Notes: generated from the letters alone by a model not told the origin. A DNA stretch of 64,000 bases from Candidatus Omnitrophota bacterium (GCA_030681595.1 JAUXSB010000037.1:319-64318); one strand, 5' to 3'. Counted from the first letter of the stretch, positions 35,863-46,396 are shown. A program made the numbers and translations.

Positions 35863-36238
35863 AGAGAGGGTTATGATTGTCGATGACGATAAGGAATTTC
35901 TCATTGAGCTTGAAGAGACCTTGCGTTTAGGGGGGTATGACCCGGTAGCGGTGCAGGATAGCTCAACCGTCTTAGAGACTGTGCGTGAATTCAGGCCGGA
36001 TATAATATTGCTTGACCTTAAAATGAATAAGGTGAGCGGGTTCCAGGTAGCTATAAATTTAAGGCAGGCGCCTGATACCTCGGATATCCCTATTATTGCG
36101 ATGACCGGGTATTTTACAGGGGATCACCACTTGCCGCTGCTTAATGTTTGCGGTGTATTAAAATGCATCAGTAAGCCGTTTAAGCCGCAGAATATAATTA
36201 GCGAGATCGAGACAATGATAAAGAACAGGGCAGCATGA
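35855..36238 (+). CDS. Single-domain response regulator (receiver only)
   Basis: MIVDDDKEF...DIILLDLKMNKVSG. Confidence 0.85.
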   Translation: MSKERVMIVDDDKEFLIELEETLRLGGYDPVAVQDSSTVLETVREFRPDIILLDLKMNKVSGFQVAINLRQAPDTSDIPIIAMTGYFTGDHHLPLLNVCGVLKCISKPFKPQNIISEIETMIKNRAA

Positions 36239-36331
36239 CCTGCAGCAAAAAACTGTGCCCACCAAAAATGATTTGTCGCTAAACCTGTCTGTGTCTGGCG
36301 CTTTTTCGTAACAATAATTCCTCATTTCTAT

Positions 36332-36390
36332 TACTGAGCCTCCAATGTACCCATTATATATCGGAGGCTCAGTAGGTTTTATGATATTAT
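36332..36390 (+). terminator. Terminator-like hairpin after the signalling cluster
   Basis: 12-bp stem TACTGAGCCTCC/GGAGGCTCAGTA with a 19-nt loop, followed by GGTTTTATGATATTATTTTT. Confidence 0.5.
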
Positions 36391-36482
36391 TTTTGCTTGC
36401 AAAAAACACATAATATGATATTATTTATTGCTGAATAATTCTGAGGCCGAATAGTAAAAAAATATAGTTAGGGGATAAGTTT

Positions 36483-38255
36483 ATGGCTACGGCAGTTGAA
36501 AAGTGGGTTGAGGAACAAGCAAAATTGACTAAGCCGGATAAGATTTATTGGTGTGATGGCTCTGCGGAAGAAGCAGAGAGGCTGATTGAAGTGGGGATGC
36601 ACCAAGAGAAAATCGATAATGAGCCGGTTTTTTATCCGTTAAACCACAATTTTTGGCCGGGTGCATATTTGCACCGCAGCCATTCTACTGATGTGGCGCG
36701 CACCGAGCATCTTACCTATGTCTGTTATCTTGATAAAGAGACAGCCGGGCCAAACAACAACTGGATGGATCCGCATAAAGCCAAAGAACTACTCACAAGA
36801 TTATCTGATGGTTGCATGAGGGGCAGGACAATGTATGTTCTTTCTTATATGATGGGCCATCCGCAGTCTCCTTATGCTAAAGCTTGTATCCAGCTTACCG
36901 ATTCCTGTTATGTAGCAGTTAGTATGCGTATAATGACGCGTATGCATAAGGATGTGGTTAAGAAGATCGGAAATAGCGATAATTTTTTAAAGGGTTTTCA
37001 TTCTATAGGCGACTTACATCCTGATAGGCGTTTTATTATGCATTTTCCGAATGAACATTTTGTCTGGAGTATAGGTTCTGGATACGGCGGTAACGCCCTT
37101 TTAGGGAAGAAATGTTTTTCTTTAAGGATTGCTTCTTGGCTTGGGTTTAATGAAGGATGGCTTGCTGAACATATGGTGATTGTTGGTATTGAAGACCCAA
37201 GCGGTAATGTTACTTATGTTGCTGCGGCAATGCCTTCTGCTTGCGGTAAAACCAATTTGGCCATGCTTGCCTCGGTATTGCCCGGATATAAGGTTTGGAC
37301 ACTGGGTGATGATATCGCATGGTTAAATGCCGGAGAGGATGGCAGGCTTTACGCGATCAACCCTGAAGCAGGCTTTTTTGGGGTGGCACCCGGTACGTCA
37401 CTTAAGACTAATCCAAATATGATGCGTACGTTAAAGTCCGGATTTTTTTCCCCCACACTTTTTACCAATACCGCCCTAAACAAAGATGTTAACGAACCTT
37501 GGTGGGAAGGATTGGATGGAGATGTCCCGAAAAATTTGTTGGATTGGGAAGGGAATAATTGGGATATTTCTTGCGGTAAAAAAGCCGCACATCCAAATTC
37601 GCGGTTTACCGTATCGCTTTATAATTGCCCGACATTATCCCGTGATTTTGATAACCCGAAAGGCGTGCCGATTTCGGCGATAATCTTTGGCGGAAGAAGG
37701 ACGCATCTTATTCCGCTGGTAACTGAGGCGTTTAACTGGCAAAACGGCGTATTCTTGGGTGCTAGAGGCGGCTCAGAGACTACCGCCGCGGCTACGCATA
37801 AAGAAGGAGTACTTAGGCGCGATCCAATGGCGATGTTGCCATTTTGCGGTTATAACATGGGTAATTATTTTAAGCACTGGCTTAATATGGGTAAAAAGCT
37901 TAGCTTGCCCCCGAAGATATTTTCGGTTAATTGGTTTAGGGCTGATGCGGAAGGGAAATTCATCTGGCCGGGGTTTAGCGATAATATCCGTGTTCTTAAA
38001 TGGATAGTGGATAGGGTAAATAACCGCGTTGGCGCCCAAAAAACGCCGATAGGGTTTATGCCGCATTTAAAGGATTTAAACTTAGAAGGCTTAAATATCC
38101 CCGAGAACGATTTAAGAAAATTAACCGAAGTTGACGTTGGTGAATGGCACGGAGAAATTAAAGAGATAAAAGATTTCCTTGATAAGTTTGGTAGGAATAT
38201 GCCGGATGAAATTTGGCAGGAATATAACGCTCTAGCCGCGCATCTTAAAGAGTAA
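36483..38255 (+). CDS. pckG: Phosphoenolpyruvate carboxykinase (GTP)
   Basis: 590 aa. P-loop AAMPSACGKTN and other GTP-PEPCK family motifs. Confidence 0.95.
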   Translation: MATAVEKWVEEQAKLTKPDKIYWCDGSAEEAERLIEVGMHQEKIDNEPVFYPLNHNFWPGAYLHRSHSTDVARTEHLTYVCYLDKETAGPNNNWMDPHKAKELLTRLSDGCMRGRTMYVLSYMMGHPQSPYAKACIQLTDSCYVAVSMRIMTRMHKDVVKKIGNSDNFLKGFHSIGDLHPDRRFIMHFPNEHFVWSIGSGYGGNALLGKKCFSLRIASWLGFNEGWLAEHMVIVGIEDPSGNVTYVAAAMPSACGKTNLAMLASVLPGYKVWTLGDDIAWLNAGEDGRLYAINPEAGFFGVAPGTSLKTNPNMMRTLKSGFFSPTLFTNTALNKDVNEPWWEGLDGDVPKNLLDWEGNNWDISCGKKAAHPNSRFTVSLYNCPTLSRDFDNPKGVPISAIIFGGRRTHLIPLVTEAFNWQNGVFLGARGGSETTAAATHKEGVLRRDPMAMLPFCGYNMGNYFKHWLNMGKKLSLPPKIFSVNWFRADAEGKFIWPGFSDNIRVLKWIVDRVNNRVGAQKTPIGFMPHLKDLNLEGLNIPENDLRKLTEVDVGEWHGEIKEIKDFLDKFGRNMPDEIWQEYNALAAHLKE

Positions 38256-38275
38256 TATTTTAATAGGTAAGCCTT

Positions 38276-39184
38276 ATGGCAACCCAGACAGTAAGTTTTA
38301 CCGAGTTAAATGATATTAAATTTTTAAAACGCGGCAAAGTAAGAGATATCTATGAATACAAGGATAATCTTTTAATTATCTCAACAGACAGGATTTCCTG
38401 TTTCGATGTAATTTTGCCGACCGCTATCCCGTACAAAGGCGAAGTACTCACTCAACTTTCCCTATTCTGGTTTAAATTTAGCGAAGATATTATCCCCAAT
38501 CATTTGATTGCAGCTCAAACTGATGAATTTCCGCAAGACTTATTAAAGCATGAAGATATATTGCGCGGCCGTTCAATGCTGGTAAAAAAAGCTCAAGCCT
38601 TACCGGTTGAATGCGTAGTAAGGGGCTATCTATCCGGATCAGGCTGGAAAGAATATCAGAAAACGCGATCTATTTGCGGGATAAATCTGCCGAAAGGCCT
38701 AAAAGAATCAAGTAAATTACCCGAAGTTATATTTACCCCCTCCACTAAAGAAGAGGTGGGCCACGATATTAATGTAACTGAGAATTATATTGCGAATAAA
38801 ATCGGTAAGGAGGCGTGCGCAAAAATAAAAGAGGCAAGTATCGCCCTTTATAAAAAGGCAAGCGCCTACGCTGAAAAAAAAGGCATAATCATTGCCGATA
38901 CTAAATTTGAATTTGGCAGGTTTGCTGAAAAAATTATTCTTATTGATGAGGTGCTTACGCCGGATTCATCGCGTTTTTGGCCGAAAGGTGCGTATAAAGC
39001 CGGAGGCCCCTGCCCCAGCTTTGATAAACAGTTCGTGCGTGATTACTTGGAAACCTTAGATTGGGATAAAACCCCGAATAATATTCCGGAGTTACCGCGC
39101 GAAATCGTAGAAAAGACCACGCAAAAATATTTAGAGGCATTTACCAGCTTAACCGGCAGAGAATTAAATATTAAACCTCGTTGA
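38276..39184 (+). CDS. purC: Phosphoribosylaminoimidazole-succinocarboxamide synthase (SAICAR synthetase)
   Basis: GKVRDIYE and LIISTDRISCFDV motifs. Confidence 0.9.
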   Translation: MATQTVSFTELNDIKFLKRGKVRDIYEYKDNLLIISTDRISCFDVILPTAIPYKGEVLTQLSLFWFKFSEDIIPNHLIAAQTDEFPQDLLKHEDILRGRSMLVKKAQALPVECVVRGYLSGSGWKEYQKTRSICGINLPKGLKESSKLPEVIFTPSTKEEVGHDINVTENYIANKIGKEACAKIKEASIALYKKASAYAEKKGIIIADTKFEFGRFAEKIILIDEVLTPDSSRFWPKGAYKAGGPCPSFDKQFVRDYLETLDWDKTPNNIPELPREIVEKTTQKYLEAFTSLTGRELNIKPR

Positions 39185-39271
39185 GTTTACTTTTCTATCT
39201 CTTTTGCGGTATCAGATTCAACCGATAATATCGCTAGCCAAGCCATAGACTAGCACTAACCATGAAGCCAT

Positions 39272-39967
39272 ATGAATAAAGAAAAGATTTTAGTCGTAGA
39301 TGACGAGAAGGATATAGTTAAGATGCTAGATTATAATCTTAAAAAAGAAGGCTTTCGGGTTATTTCGGCAGAAGATGGTAAAGCGGCGCTGAATCTGGCA
39401 GAAAGAGAGCATCCGGATTTAATTATCTTAGACCTTATGCTTCCCGAGATTGACGGCCTGGAGGTATGTAAGATTTTAAAGAAGCAGGATAAAACTTCTG
39501 GTATTCCGATTATTATGCTTACTGCCAAGTCGCAGGAAACAGATAAAATCGTAGGTTTGGAGCTTGGGGCTGATGACTATGTAACCAAGCCGTTTAGCCC
39601 CAAAGAATTAATCGCCCGTGTTAAGGCGGTGCTGCGCCGCGTAAAGGAAAAAGAAAAAATACCCGAAGTTTTTACTGTTGGTGATTTAGGTATAGATTTC
39701 TCTAAAATTCAAGTAGAGGTTAAGGGCAAGCTAATTAATCTTACGGCAAAAGAATTTGAATTATTGCGGACGTTAATAAAAGTTAAAGGAAGAGTGTTAT
39801 CGCGAGACTATCTTTTGGATACGATCTGGGGTTTTGATAAAGCACTTGAGATAGAGACCCGCACCGTAGATGTTCACATCAGGACGTTGCGCAAAAAACT
39901 AAAGAGCGAAGCAAAGCGTATTGTAACGGTAAAAAATTACGGCTATAGGTTTGAAGCGGAAGAATAA
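39272..39967 (+). CDS. phoB: OmpR/PhoB-family response regulator (PhoB-like by context)
   Basis: A receiver domain plus a winged-helix output domain (TVDVHIRTLRKKL). Followed by a phoR-like kinase and pst genes. Confidence 0.75.
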   Translation: MNKEKILVVDDEKDIVKMLDYNLKKEGFRVISAEDGKAALNLAEREHPDLIILDLMLPEIDGLEVCKILKKQDKTSGIPIIMLTAKSQETDKIVGLELGADDYVTKPFSPKELIARVKAVLRRVKEKEKIPEVFTVGDLGIDFSKIQVEVKGKLINLTAKEFELLRTLIKVKGRVLSRDYLLDTIWGFDKALEIETRTVDVHIRTLRKKLKSEAKRIVTVKNYGYRFEAEE

Positions 39968-39970
39968 GTT

Positions 39971-41077
39971 ATGTTTGGCTTTAAAAAACAGATTTTAGGC
40001 TTAAAAGAAAGCTTAGAAGATAGGGATAGTCAGATAAGGGATCTGGAAAGGCAGGCTGCTTCCTTACGCCGCGTTCTGGCAAGTATGGCGGAAGGCGTGA
40101 TTATCCTTGATAAAGACACGCGGATAATCTCGCTTAATTCCTCGGCAGAGAAAATATTCGGTATCAGTGAAAAAGAGGTGTTGGGAAAGCTCTTCCTTGC
40201 GGTAGTGCCTAATAATGATATTTCAGAGCTCATCAGTAAAGTTTTAAATAAGAGAGAGTTTGTCTCACAGGAACTTACGCTTGTCTGGCCGATACAGCGG
40301 ACATTTCAAGTTAATGCTTCCTTGATACCCGAAGAAGACGGCGCGATAAACCGATGCCTCTTAGTTATCCATGATATTAGCGAAATACGGCGCCTGGAAA
40401 AGGTGCGCTCGGATTTTGTGGCGAATGTTTCCCATGAAATAAAAACCCCGCTTACCTCCATAAAAGGTTTTGTAGAAACTCTCCTTGAAGGCGCATTAGA
40501 AGATAAGGAAAACGCCAAGCACTTCCTTAATATTATTCAAGACCACGCAAACCGTTTAGATAATCTAGTAAGCGACCTGTTGTCACTTTCCTTTTTAGAA
40601 TCAAAAGAGATAGTTTTAGAAAAGCAAAAAGTTGATTTAGGTAGATTAGCAAGCGACATTCTTTCCGGCTTTAGATCTCAACTAAGAAAAAAATCCATTG
40701 AGATAAGGAACGAACTGCCTTCCGGATTATCAATTACTGCGGATAGAGATAAATTAGGGCAGGTTTTTACAAACCTTATTGATAACGCGGTTAAATTTAA
40801 CCGGGAAAAAGGGATTATTAGGATTTATAGCCAAGATTTGGATAATAAGGTTAAATTAATAGTTGAAGATAATGGTTTGGGAATTCCCGTAAAAGACATA
40901 CCCCGTATATTTGAACGTTTCTACCGTGTTGATAAGGCGCGCTCCCATGAAATGGGCGGCACAGGCCTTGGTCTTTCAATCGTCAAACACATAATTGAAC
41001 TCCATGACGGAACAGTCGGCGTAGAAAGCACAGAAGGCATCGGCTCAAAATTTTTCTTTATCCTGCCGCGTGGCTAA
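39971..41077 (+). CDS. phoR: PhoR-like histidine kinase (PAS, HisKA, HATPase_c; no obvious TM segment)
   Basis: SHEIKTPLTSIKG H-box and the GTGLGLSIVKHIIELHDG ATP lid. Confidence 0.7.
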   Translation: MFGFKKQILGLKESLEDRDSQIRDLERQAASLRRVLASMAEGVIILDKDTRIISLNSSAEKIFGISEKEVLGKLFLAVVPNNDISELISKVLNKREFVSQELTLVWPIQRTFQVNASLIPEEDGAINRCLLVIHDISEIRRLEKVRSDFVANVSHEIKTPLTSIKGFVETLLEGALEDKENAKHFLNIIQDHANRLDNLVSDLLSLSFLESKEIVLEKQKVDLGRLASDILSGFRSQLRKKSIEIRNELPSGLSITADRDKLGQVFTNLIDNAVKFNREKGIIRIYSQDLDNKVKLIVEDNGLGIPVKDIPRIFERFYRVDKARSHEMGGTGLGLSIVKHIIELHDGTVGVESTEGIGSKFFFILPRG

Positions 41078-41103
41078 ACAAGCAATAATAAAGGTAAAAT
41101 AGA

Positions 41104-42147
41104 ATGGACGATATTATAAAAAAACTATCTTTCGTGGACAGGTTTTTGACGCTGTGGATTTTTATCGCGATGAGCGTGGGCGTTTCGGTAGGGTATTTTT
41201 TCCCGGGGATTACCGGTTTCTGGAATAAGTTTCAGATAGGCACAACTAATATCCCGATTGCTATCGGGTTAATCCTGATGATGTATCCGCCGCTTGCCAA
41301 AATAAAGTACGAAGAGATGGGTGATGTATTTCGCGACTATAAAATCCTCGGCTTTTCCTTGGTTCAGAATTGGGTAGTCGGGCCGATATTAATGTTTGGC
41401 TTGGCGATTTTGTTCTTAAGAAATTATCCGGAATACATGGTTGGTTTAATCATGATTGGGCTTGCGCGGTGTATTGCTATGGTTATCGTTTGGAATGAGT
41501 TAGCTGGCGGCGATAGCGAGTATTGTGCTGGGCTTGTGGCCTTTAATTCAATATTCCAAGTGTTGTTTTATTCCCTGTACGCGTGGGTTTTTATTACGGT
41601 TATCCCAACATGGTTTGGGCTTAGTAGCGCCGTGGTCAATGTCACAATTGCTCAAATCGCCCAGAGCGTATTTATTTACTTAGGGATCCCGTTTCTCGCG
41701 GGTATTATTACACGGTTTTCATTGATTCGGCTTAGGGGAAAGGAGTGGTTTGAGCGGAAATTTATCCCCAAAATCAGCCCGATAACCCTGATAGCGCTTT
41801 TATTTACCATCATAGTCATGTTTTCCTTAAAAGGTGAATACATCGTGCGCATCCCGCTTGATGTGGCGCGTATCGCGCTGCCCTTACTTATCTATTTTTT
41901 AGCGATGTTCTTGATTTCTTTTTATATGGGCAAGAAGTTTAACGCCGGATACGCCAAAACCGCAACGCTTTCCTTTACCGCGGCAAGCAATAATTTTGAG
42001 CTGGCCATTGCCGTGGCGGTGGCGGTTTTTGGCATTAATTCCGGCGCAGCCCTTGCGGCGGTAATCGGCCCATTGGTAGAGGTCCCGGTCCTAATAGGCT
42101 TGGTTAATGTATCGTTGTATTTTAAGAAAAGGTATTTTGATAGGTAG
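41104..42147 (+). CDS. acr3: ACR3-family arsenite efflux carrier
   Basis: [28 protein letters not shown]-terminal signature of the ACR3/ArsB (B. subtilis type) family; about 10 TM segments. Confidence 0.75.
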   Translation: MDDIIKKLSFVDRFLTLWIFIAMSVGVSVGYFFPGITGFWNKFQIGTTNIPIAIGLILMMYPPLAKIKYEEMGDVFRDYKILGFSLVQNWVVGPILMFGLAILFLRNYPEYMVGLIMIGLARCIAMVIVWNELAGGDSEYCAGLVAFNSIFQVLFYSLYAWVFITVIPTWFGLSSAVVNVTIAQIAQSVFIYLGIPFLAGIITRFSLIRLRGKEWFERKFIPKISPITLIALLFTIIVMFSLKGEYIVRIPLDVARIALPLLIYFLAMFLISFYMGKKFNAGYAKTATLSFTAASNNFELAIAVAVAVFGINSGAALAAVIGPLVEVPVLIGLVNVSLYFKKRYFDR

Positions 42148-42280
42148 CAAATAGTCTCTACCCAATTTTTATCTCACGAAGGCCTCGGTTCAAAATTATT
42201 TTTTATCCTCCCCAAATAGTTAGCCAGAATCAATCTACGTAATCTTATCGTAACTCAATGTAATTATTGAGCCCTTTTTA

Positions 42281-42308
42281 TTTTACCCACATTTTACTTT
42301 CCCTACAC
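42281..42308 (+). promoter_or_regulatory. Candidate Pho box: TTTTAC, TTTTAC and CTACAC direct repeats at an 11-bp period
   Basis: Hexamers at 42281, 42292 and 42303, about 150 nt upstream of the REC/65-aa ORF/porin/pst unit. Confidence 0.3.
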
Positions 42309-42455
42309 GCGTATTTAATAGCCATATTCTATACTTGAGGCATGATAAAGAAGATCAACAAGACAATCGCCTTAATAATAGCGTATCTTAGGGAAGTTAT
42401 CCGTCAGGAAGTCAGTAATATCGACGCTTTCTACGCGCAGTATGCCGAATAAAAA

Positions 42456-42860
42456 ATGAAAAATGAAAAGAAAATCATTGTTATAGAAGATGAAAAAGAT
42501 ATTAACGAGTTGATTGCTTACAGCCTAAAGAAAGAAGGTTTCGCCGTAAGCCAGGTATTTGATGGTATAGAAGCACAGCGTATTTTAGAGAATGAATGTT
42601 TCGGCATAGTGATTCTGGATATCATGTTGCCCGGGATAGACGGCTTTCAGATATGTAAAGCAATCAAAGATAATCCCGCGGCTTTCAGGACCTTTATTAT
42701 TATTGTAAGCGCCAAGGACCATCCCGATGATAAATTATATGCCCATATTTTAGGCGCGCACTATTATTTAACTAAGCCATTCAGCACAAAAACATTAATT
42801 GATATAGTTAAAGAAATCAGCACGATATTGGAAAAAGAGTTTACGGTTAGCATCCCGTAA
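42456..42860 (+). CDS. Single-domain response regulator (receiver only)
   Basis: IIVIEDEKDI...IVILDIMLPGIDG. Confidence 0.8.
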   Translation: MKNEKKIIVIEDEKDINELIAYSLKKEGFAVSQVFDGIEAQRILENECFGIVILDIMLPGIDGFQICKAIKDNPAAFRTFIIIVSAKDHPDDKLYAHILGAHYYLTKPFSTKTLIDIVKEISTILEKEFTVSIP

Positions 42861-42951
42861 TTATTTACTCATATTTTACATGTTCTTCAAGCGGATTTTA
42901 TGCGCGTATTTTATACTATAAGCAGAAAATAAAAATGGAAGGAGGTGAAGT

Positions 42952-43149
42952 ATGCAGGATATTAGAAATATGTCAACGCTGAAGACTGATTTTGTTGCCA
43001 GTCACCTGCGTTCACAGATTAATCGTTTGAGTGGTCTTCTGGAAAATATTGAAGATGAAAATGAAGTTGACTGCGATCACACGCATGATTCCCTTAGGGA
43101 TATCGAGTTTAATTTGCGCCAGATCAGGAAACTATGTACCGACAGATAA
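42952..43149 (+). CDS. Hypothetical 65-aa acidic protein
   Basis: Good RBS (ggaggtgaagt before ATG). Located between the response regulator and the porin inside the Pho block. No family recognised. Confidence 0.4.
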   Translation: MQDIRNMSTLKTDFVASHLRSQINRLSGLLENIEDENEVDCDHTHDSLRDIEFNLRQIRKLCTDR

Positions 43150-43218
43150 TCACTTCAAGACTTGCTATGTATTTTTCTTGTAGTGGTAGGTATTTATTAA
43201 CATTAAGGAGAAAGTAAA

Positions 43219-44463
43219 ATGAAGAAATGTGTTTTAGTTCTAACGGCTTTGGTTGTTTTGTTTTTTTGGCAAGGCACCGGATTTTGCGCGACTACCCAGG
43301 TAGACGCGTTAATTGAAAAATTAGTAGAAAAAAATGTTATTACCCGCGAAGAAGCGCTTAAATTAAAAACTGAAATTGTTGAAGATGAGAAGATAAAAAT
43401 TCAGGATGAGGTAAAACAGGCGCTTCCGGACTGGGTAAAAAATATGGAATGGAAGGGCGATTTGCGCCTAAGAAACGAGTTAATCGATAAAGACCCGGGT
43501 AAGGGCAACGACCGCCAAAGGATACGCCTGCGCTATGGTTTTAAATCAAAGGTTAACGATAAAGTGAGTTTTTCAGCCGGGCTTGCCTCAGGCAGTGACA
43601 ACGCCACGACTTCCACAAACCAGACCTTGGAGCAGGAATTTGATAAAAAGCCGATCTGGATTGATTACGCTTATATCAATTACGATCCGACGCAATGGTT
43701 AAATTTAAAAGGCGGGAGGATCCCCAATCCGTTTTTTACGACAGATATGGTTTGGGACAGCGATATAAATTTTGACGGTGGTGTTTTTACATTAAAACAT
43801 GCTTTAAACGATCCAGCGTCAAAAACTCCCTTAGAGGGATATTTTACCAGCGCGTTTTTGCCCATTGATAACCGCTCTACTTCAGCGCGCGACCTTTGGC
43901 TTATGGCGTTACAGGGCGGTGTTAATGCTAAATTCGCCGATTTTGCTCAGCTTAAGAGCGGCCTTGCTTTCTATAATTTCCATTCCTTAGAGGGCTATCC
44001 TACGTCTACTTTAGCGCAGGATAAGGGCACTAACTCCGCATCAGGCGGAAATATTAAGTACGATTTTAATATCATTAACCCTACCTTAGAGTTGGAGTTT
44101 AAAAACCCTTTTGGCTTGGGTGTTCCTTTAGCCTTTATCGGTGATTTTGCCGAAAACAACGGCGCACCCGCGAAAAATCAGGCTTGGCGAGCCGGCATTG
44201 CCGTAGGCAAAAAAATAAAAGGTATCGGCGACTGGCGCCTGCTTGGCCAATACAGCCGTATTGCCGCGGATGCCTTGTTTGACGCTTTCCCGGATTCAGA
44301 TTTTGACGGCGGAGGCACAAACGCCAAGGGCTGGGAGGTGATATTTGATTATGGTTTAGCAAAGAATGTTACGCTTAGCCTTGATTATTACAATACCGAG
44401 CCGATAGTCGGCACAAAGGTTACTGAACAGGTAATACAAACGGATTTAGTGTTTAAGTTTTAA
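43219..44463 (+). CDS. Outer-membrane porin, probably phosphate-selective (OprO/OprP-like)
   Basis: Signal peptide, an N-terminal coiled stretch, then an alternating-residue beta-barrel ending ...DLVFKF. Immediately 5' of pstS. Confidence 0.6.
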   Translation: MKKCVLVLTALVVLFFWQGTGFCATTQVDALIEKLVEKNVITREEALKLKTEIVEDEKIKIQDEVKQALPDWVKNMEWKGDLRLRNELIDKDPGKGNDRQRIRLRYGFKSKVNDKVSFSAGLASGSDNATTSTNQTLEQEFDKKPIWIDYAYINYDPTQWLNLKGGRIPNPFFTTDMVWDSDINFDGGVFTLKHALNDPASKTPLEGYFTSAFLPIDNRSTSARDLWLMALQGGVNAKFADFAQLKSGLAFYNFHSLEGYPTSTLAQDKGTNSASGGNIKYDFNIINPTLELEFKNPFGLGVPLAFIGDFAENNGAPAKNQAWRAGIAVGKKIKGIGDWRLLGQYSRIAADALFDAFPDSDFDGGGTNAKGWEVIFDYGLAKNVTLSLDYYNTEPIVGTKVTEQVIQTDLVFKF

Positions 44464-44495
44464 CTTTTTAAAAATTAAGAAAAGTGAGGGAAAAA

Positions 44496-45500
44496 ATGAA
44501 AAAAATGATATTGTTTATTACGGGCATTGCCTTGGGAATATCTAATTTTATTTCCCCGGTAATGGCAGAAACTAAGTTGATAAAAGTGGACGGCTCAAGC
44601 ACAGTATTTCCTATAACTGAAGCGGTAGCCGAGGAATTTCAGAAACAACATGGCAGTATCAAAGTTATGGTGGGTATTTCCGGTACCGGCGGAGGGTTTA
44701 AAAGGTTTTGCCGCGGCGAGACAGATATCAGCGACGCATCGCGCCCGATTAAACAAAAGGAAAAGGACGCGGCGCGCGAAAACGGTATAGCTTACATTGA
44801 AATCCCCGTTGCCTATGACGGTTTATCGGTTATGGTTAATCCAAAAAACACATGGGTAGACCACCTGACCGTTAAAGAATTAAAAAAGATCTGGGAGACG
44901 GCTGCACAAGGAGTGGTCACAAAATGGAGCCAGGTTAGAGACGGTTTTCCGGATCAGGAGATCCGCTTGTTTGGCCCGGGAACAGATTCCGGCACATTTG
45001 ATTATTTTACCGAAGTAATCTGCGGCGCCTCGGGTGCTTCGCGTGGAGATTACACTGCCAGTGAAGACGACAACGTATTGGTAGAAGGTATTGCCTCGGA
45101 TAAATTGGCCTTAGGATATTTCGGGCTTGCTTATTATGAGCAGAATAAAGATAAGTTAAAGATAGTTCCTATTGACGATGAGAATGATGTAAATGGCAGT
45201 GGTGCTGTTACCCCTAGTCTTGAAACAGTGATGAATTCTACCTACCAGCCGCTTGCGCGCCCGATATTTATTTACGTAAGCACAGCCGCGGCAAAAAAAG
45301 AAGAAATACAGAAGTTTGTTGAGTTCTATCTGGAAAACGCCGCGGGGTTGGTCGCGGAAGTAGGCTATATTCCTTTATCCAATAGCGCGTACAAAGCGGC
45401 GCTTGAACGGTTTAAGAGGCGCCTTACCGGCTCTGTATTTGGTAATAAGTCTTTATCCGGAATGGATATAGACAGTATTTTGTCTATGCAAGGGAAATGA
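44496..45500 (+). CDS. pstS: Phosphate ABC transporter substrate-binding protein
   Basis: Signal peptide plus [12 protein letters not shown] and SGTGGGF motifs of the PstS family. Start at ATG 44496 after RBS gtgaggg. Confidence 0.85.
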   Translation: MKKMILFITGIALGISNFISPVMAETKLIKVDGSSTVFPITEAVAEEFQKQHGSIKVMVGISGTGGGFKRFCRGETDISDASRPIKQKEKDAARENGIAYIEIPVAYDGLSVMVNPKNTWVDHLTVKELKKIWETAAQGVVTKWSQVRDGFPDQEIRLFGPGTDSGTFDYFTEVICGASGASRGDYTASEDDNVLVEGIASDKLALGYFGLAYYEQNKDKLKIVPIDDENDVNGSGAVTPSLETVMNSTYQPLARPIFIYVSTAAAKKEEIQKFVEFYLENAAGLVAEVGYIPLSNSAYKAALERFKRRLTGSVFGNKSLSGMDIDSILSMQGK

Positions 45501-46396
45501 TTAAGAAAAAAAGAAAGCTTCTGAATTTAAAGGAAACGGTTATCGAAAGCCTGCTTTTTCTTTGCAGTTTTTTTTCTATATTCGTTACGGCAGGGATTGT
45601 TTTGGTTCTATTGGTGGAAAGCTGGGGATTTTTTAAAGAGGTGTCCATACTGAATTTTTTAACCGACAGGCAATGGACACCTCTTTTCATCAATAAGCAT
45701 TTCGGTATTTTACCGCTTCTTTGCGGAACCTTTCTTACAACCTTTATCGCGGTTTTAACAGCTATCCCGATAGGCTTAATCAGCGCGATTTATCTAAGCG
45801 AATACGCCTCTTTAAGGGTAAGGAATACGGTTAAGCCGTTTTTAGAAATACTGGCGGCTGTGCCGACGGTTGTTTACGGTTACTTTGCTTTGTTGTTTAT
45901 TACGCCGTTGTTAAGGCAAGTTATCCCCGGGATCTCCGGTTTTAATGCTTTGTCCAGCGGGATAGTTATGGGGATTATGATTATACCGCTAGTAGCGTCT
46001 TTAAGCGAAGACGCGATGCATGCCGTACCGATGAACCTGCGTGAAGGCGCTTATGCCGTAGGCTCAAGCCGCATGCAGTCGGCTTTGCATGTTGTATTTC
46101 CCGCGGCTTTATCCGGTATTACCGCGGCGTTTATATTAGCGGTTTCGCGGGCAATCGGCGAGACGATGATAGTCGCGATTGCCGCAGGCCAGCAGCCAAA
46201 ACTGACCCTAAACCCGCTGGTTCCCATAGAAACCATTACCGCCTATATTGTGCAGATAAGCTTGGGCGATACGCCTCACGGGACATTGGAATACCGCACT
46301 ATTTTTGCTTGCGGCATGACGCTTTTTCTTTTAACCTTTGTTTTAAATATTTTTAGCTTTAAGCTCAAAAGGCGGTTTCAGGAAGTATATGAATAA
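45497..46396 (+). CDS. pstC: Phosphate ABC transporter permease PstC
   Basis: Six TM segments and an EAA-like loop ([20 protein letters not shown]). Confidence 0.9.
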   Translation: MIKKKRKLLNLKETVIESLLFLCSFFSIFVTAGIVLVLLVESWGFFKEVSILNFLTDRQWTPLFINKHFGILPLLCGTFLTTFIAVLTAIPIGLISAIYLSEYASLRVRNTVKPFLEILAAVPTVVYGYFALLFITPLLRQVIPGISGFNALSSGIVMGIMIIPLVASLSEDAMHAVPMNLREGAYAVGSSRMQSALHVVFPAALSGITAAFILAVSRAIGETMIVAIAAGQQPKLTLNPLVPIETITAYIVQISLGDTPHGTLEYRTIFACGMTLFLLTFVLNIFSFKLKRRFQEVYE

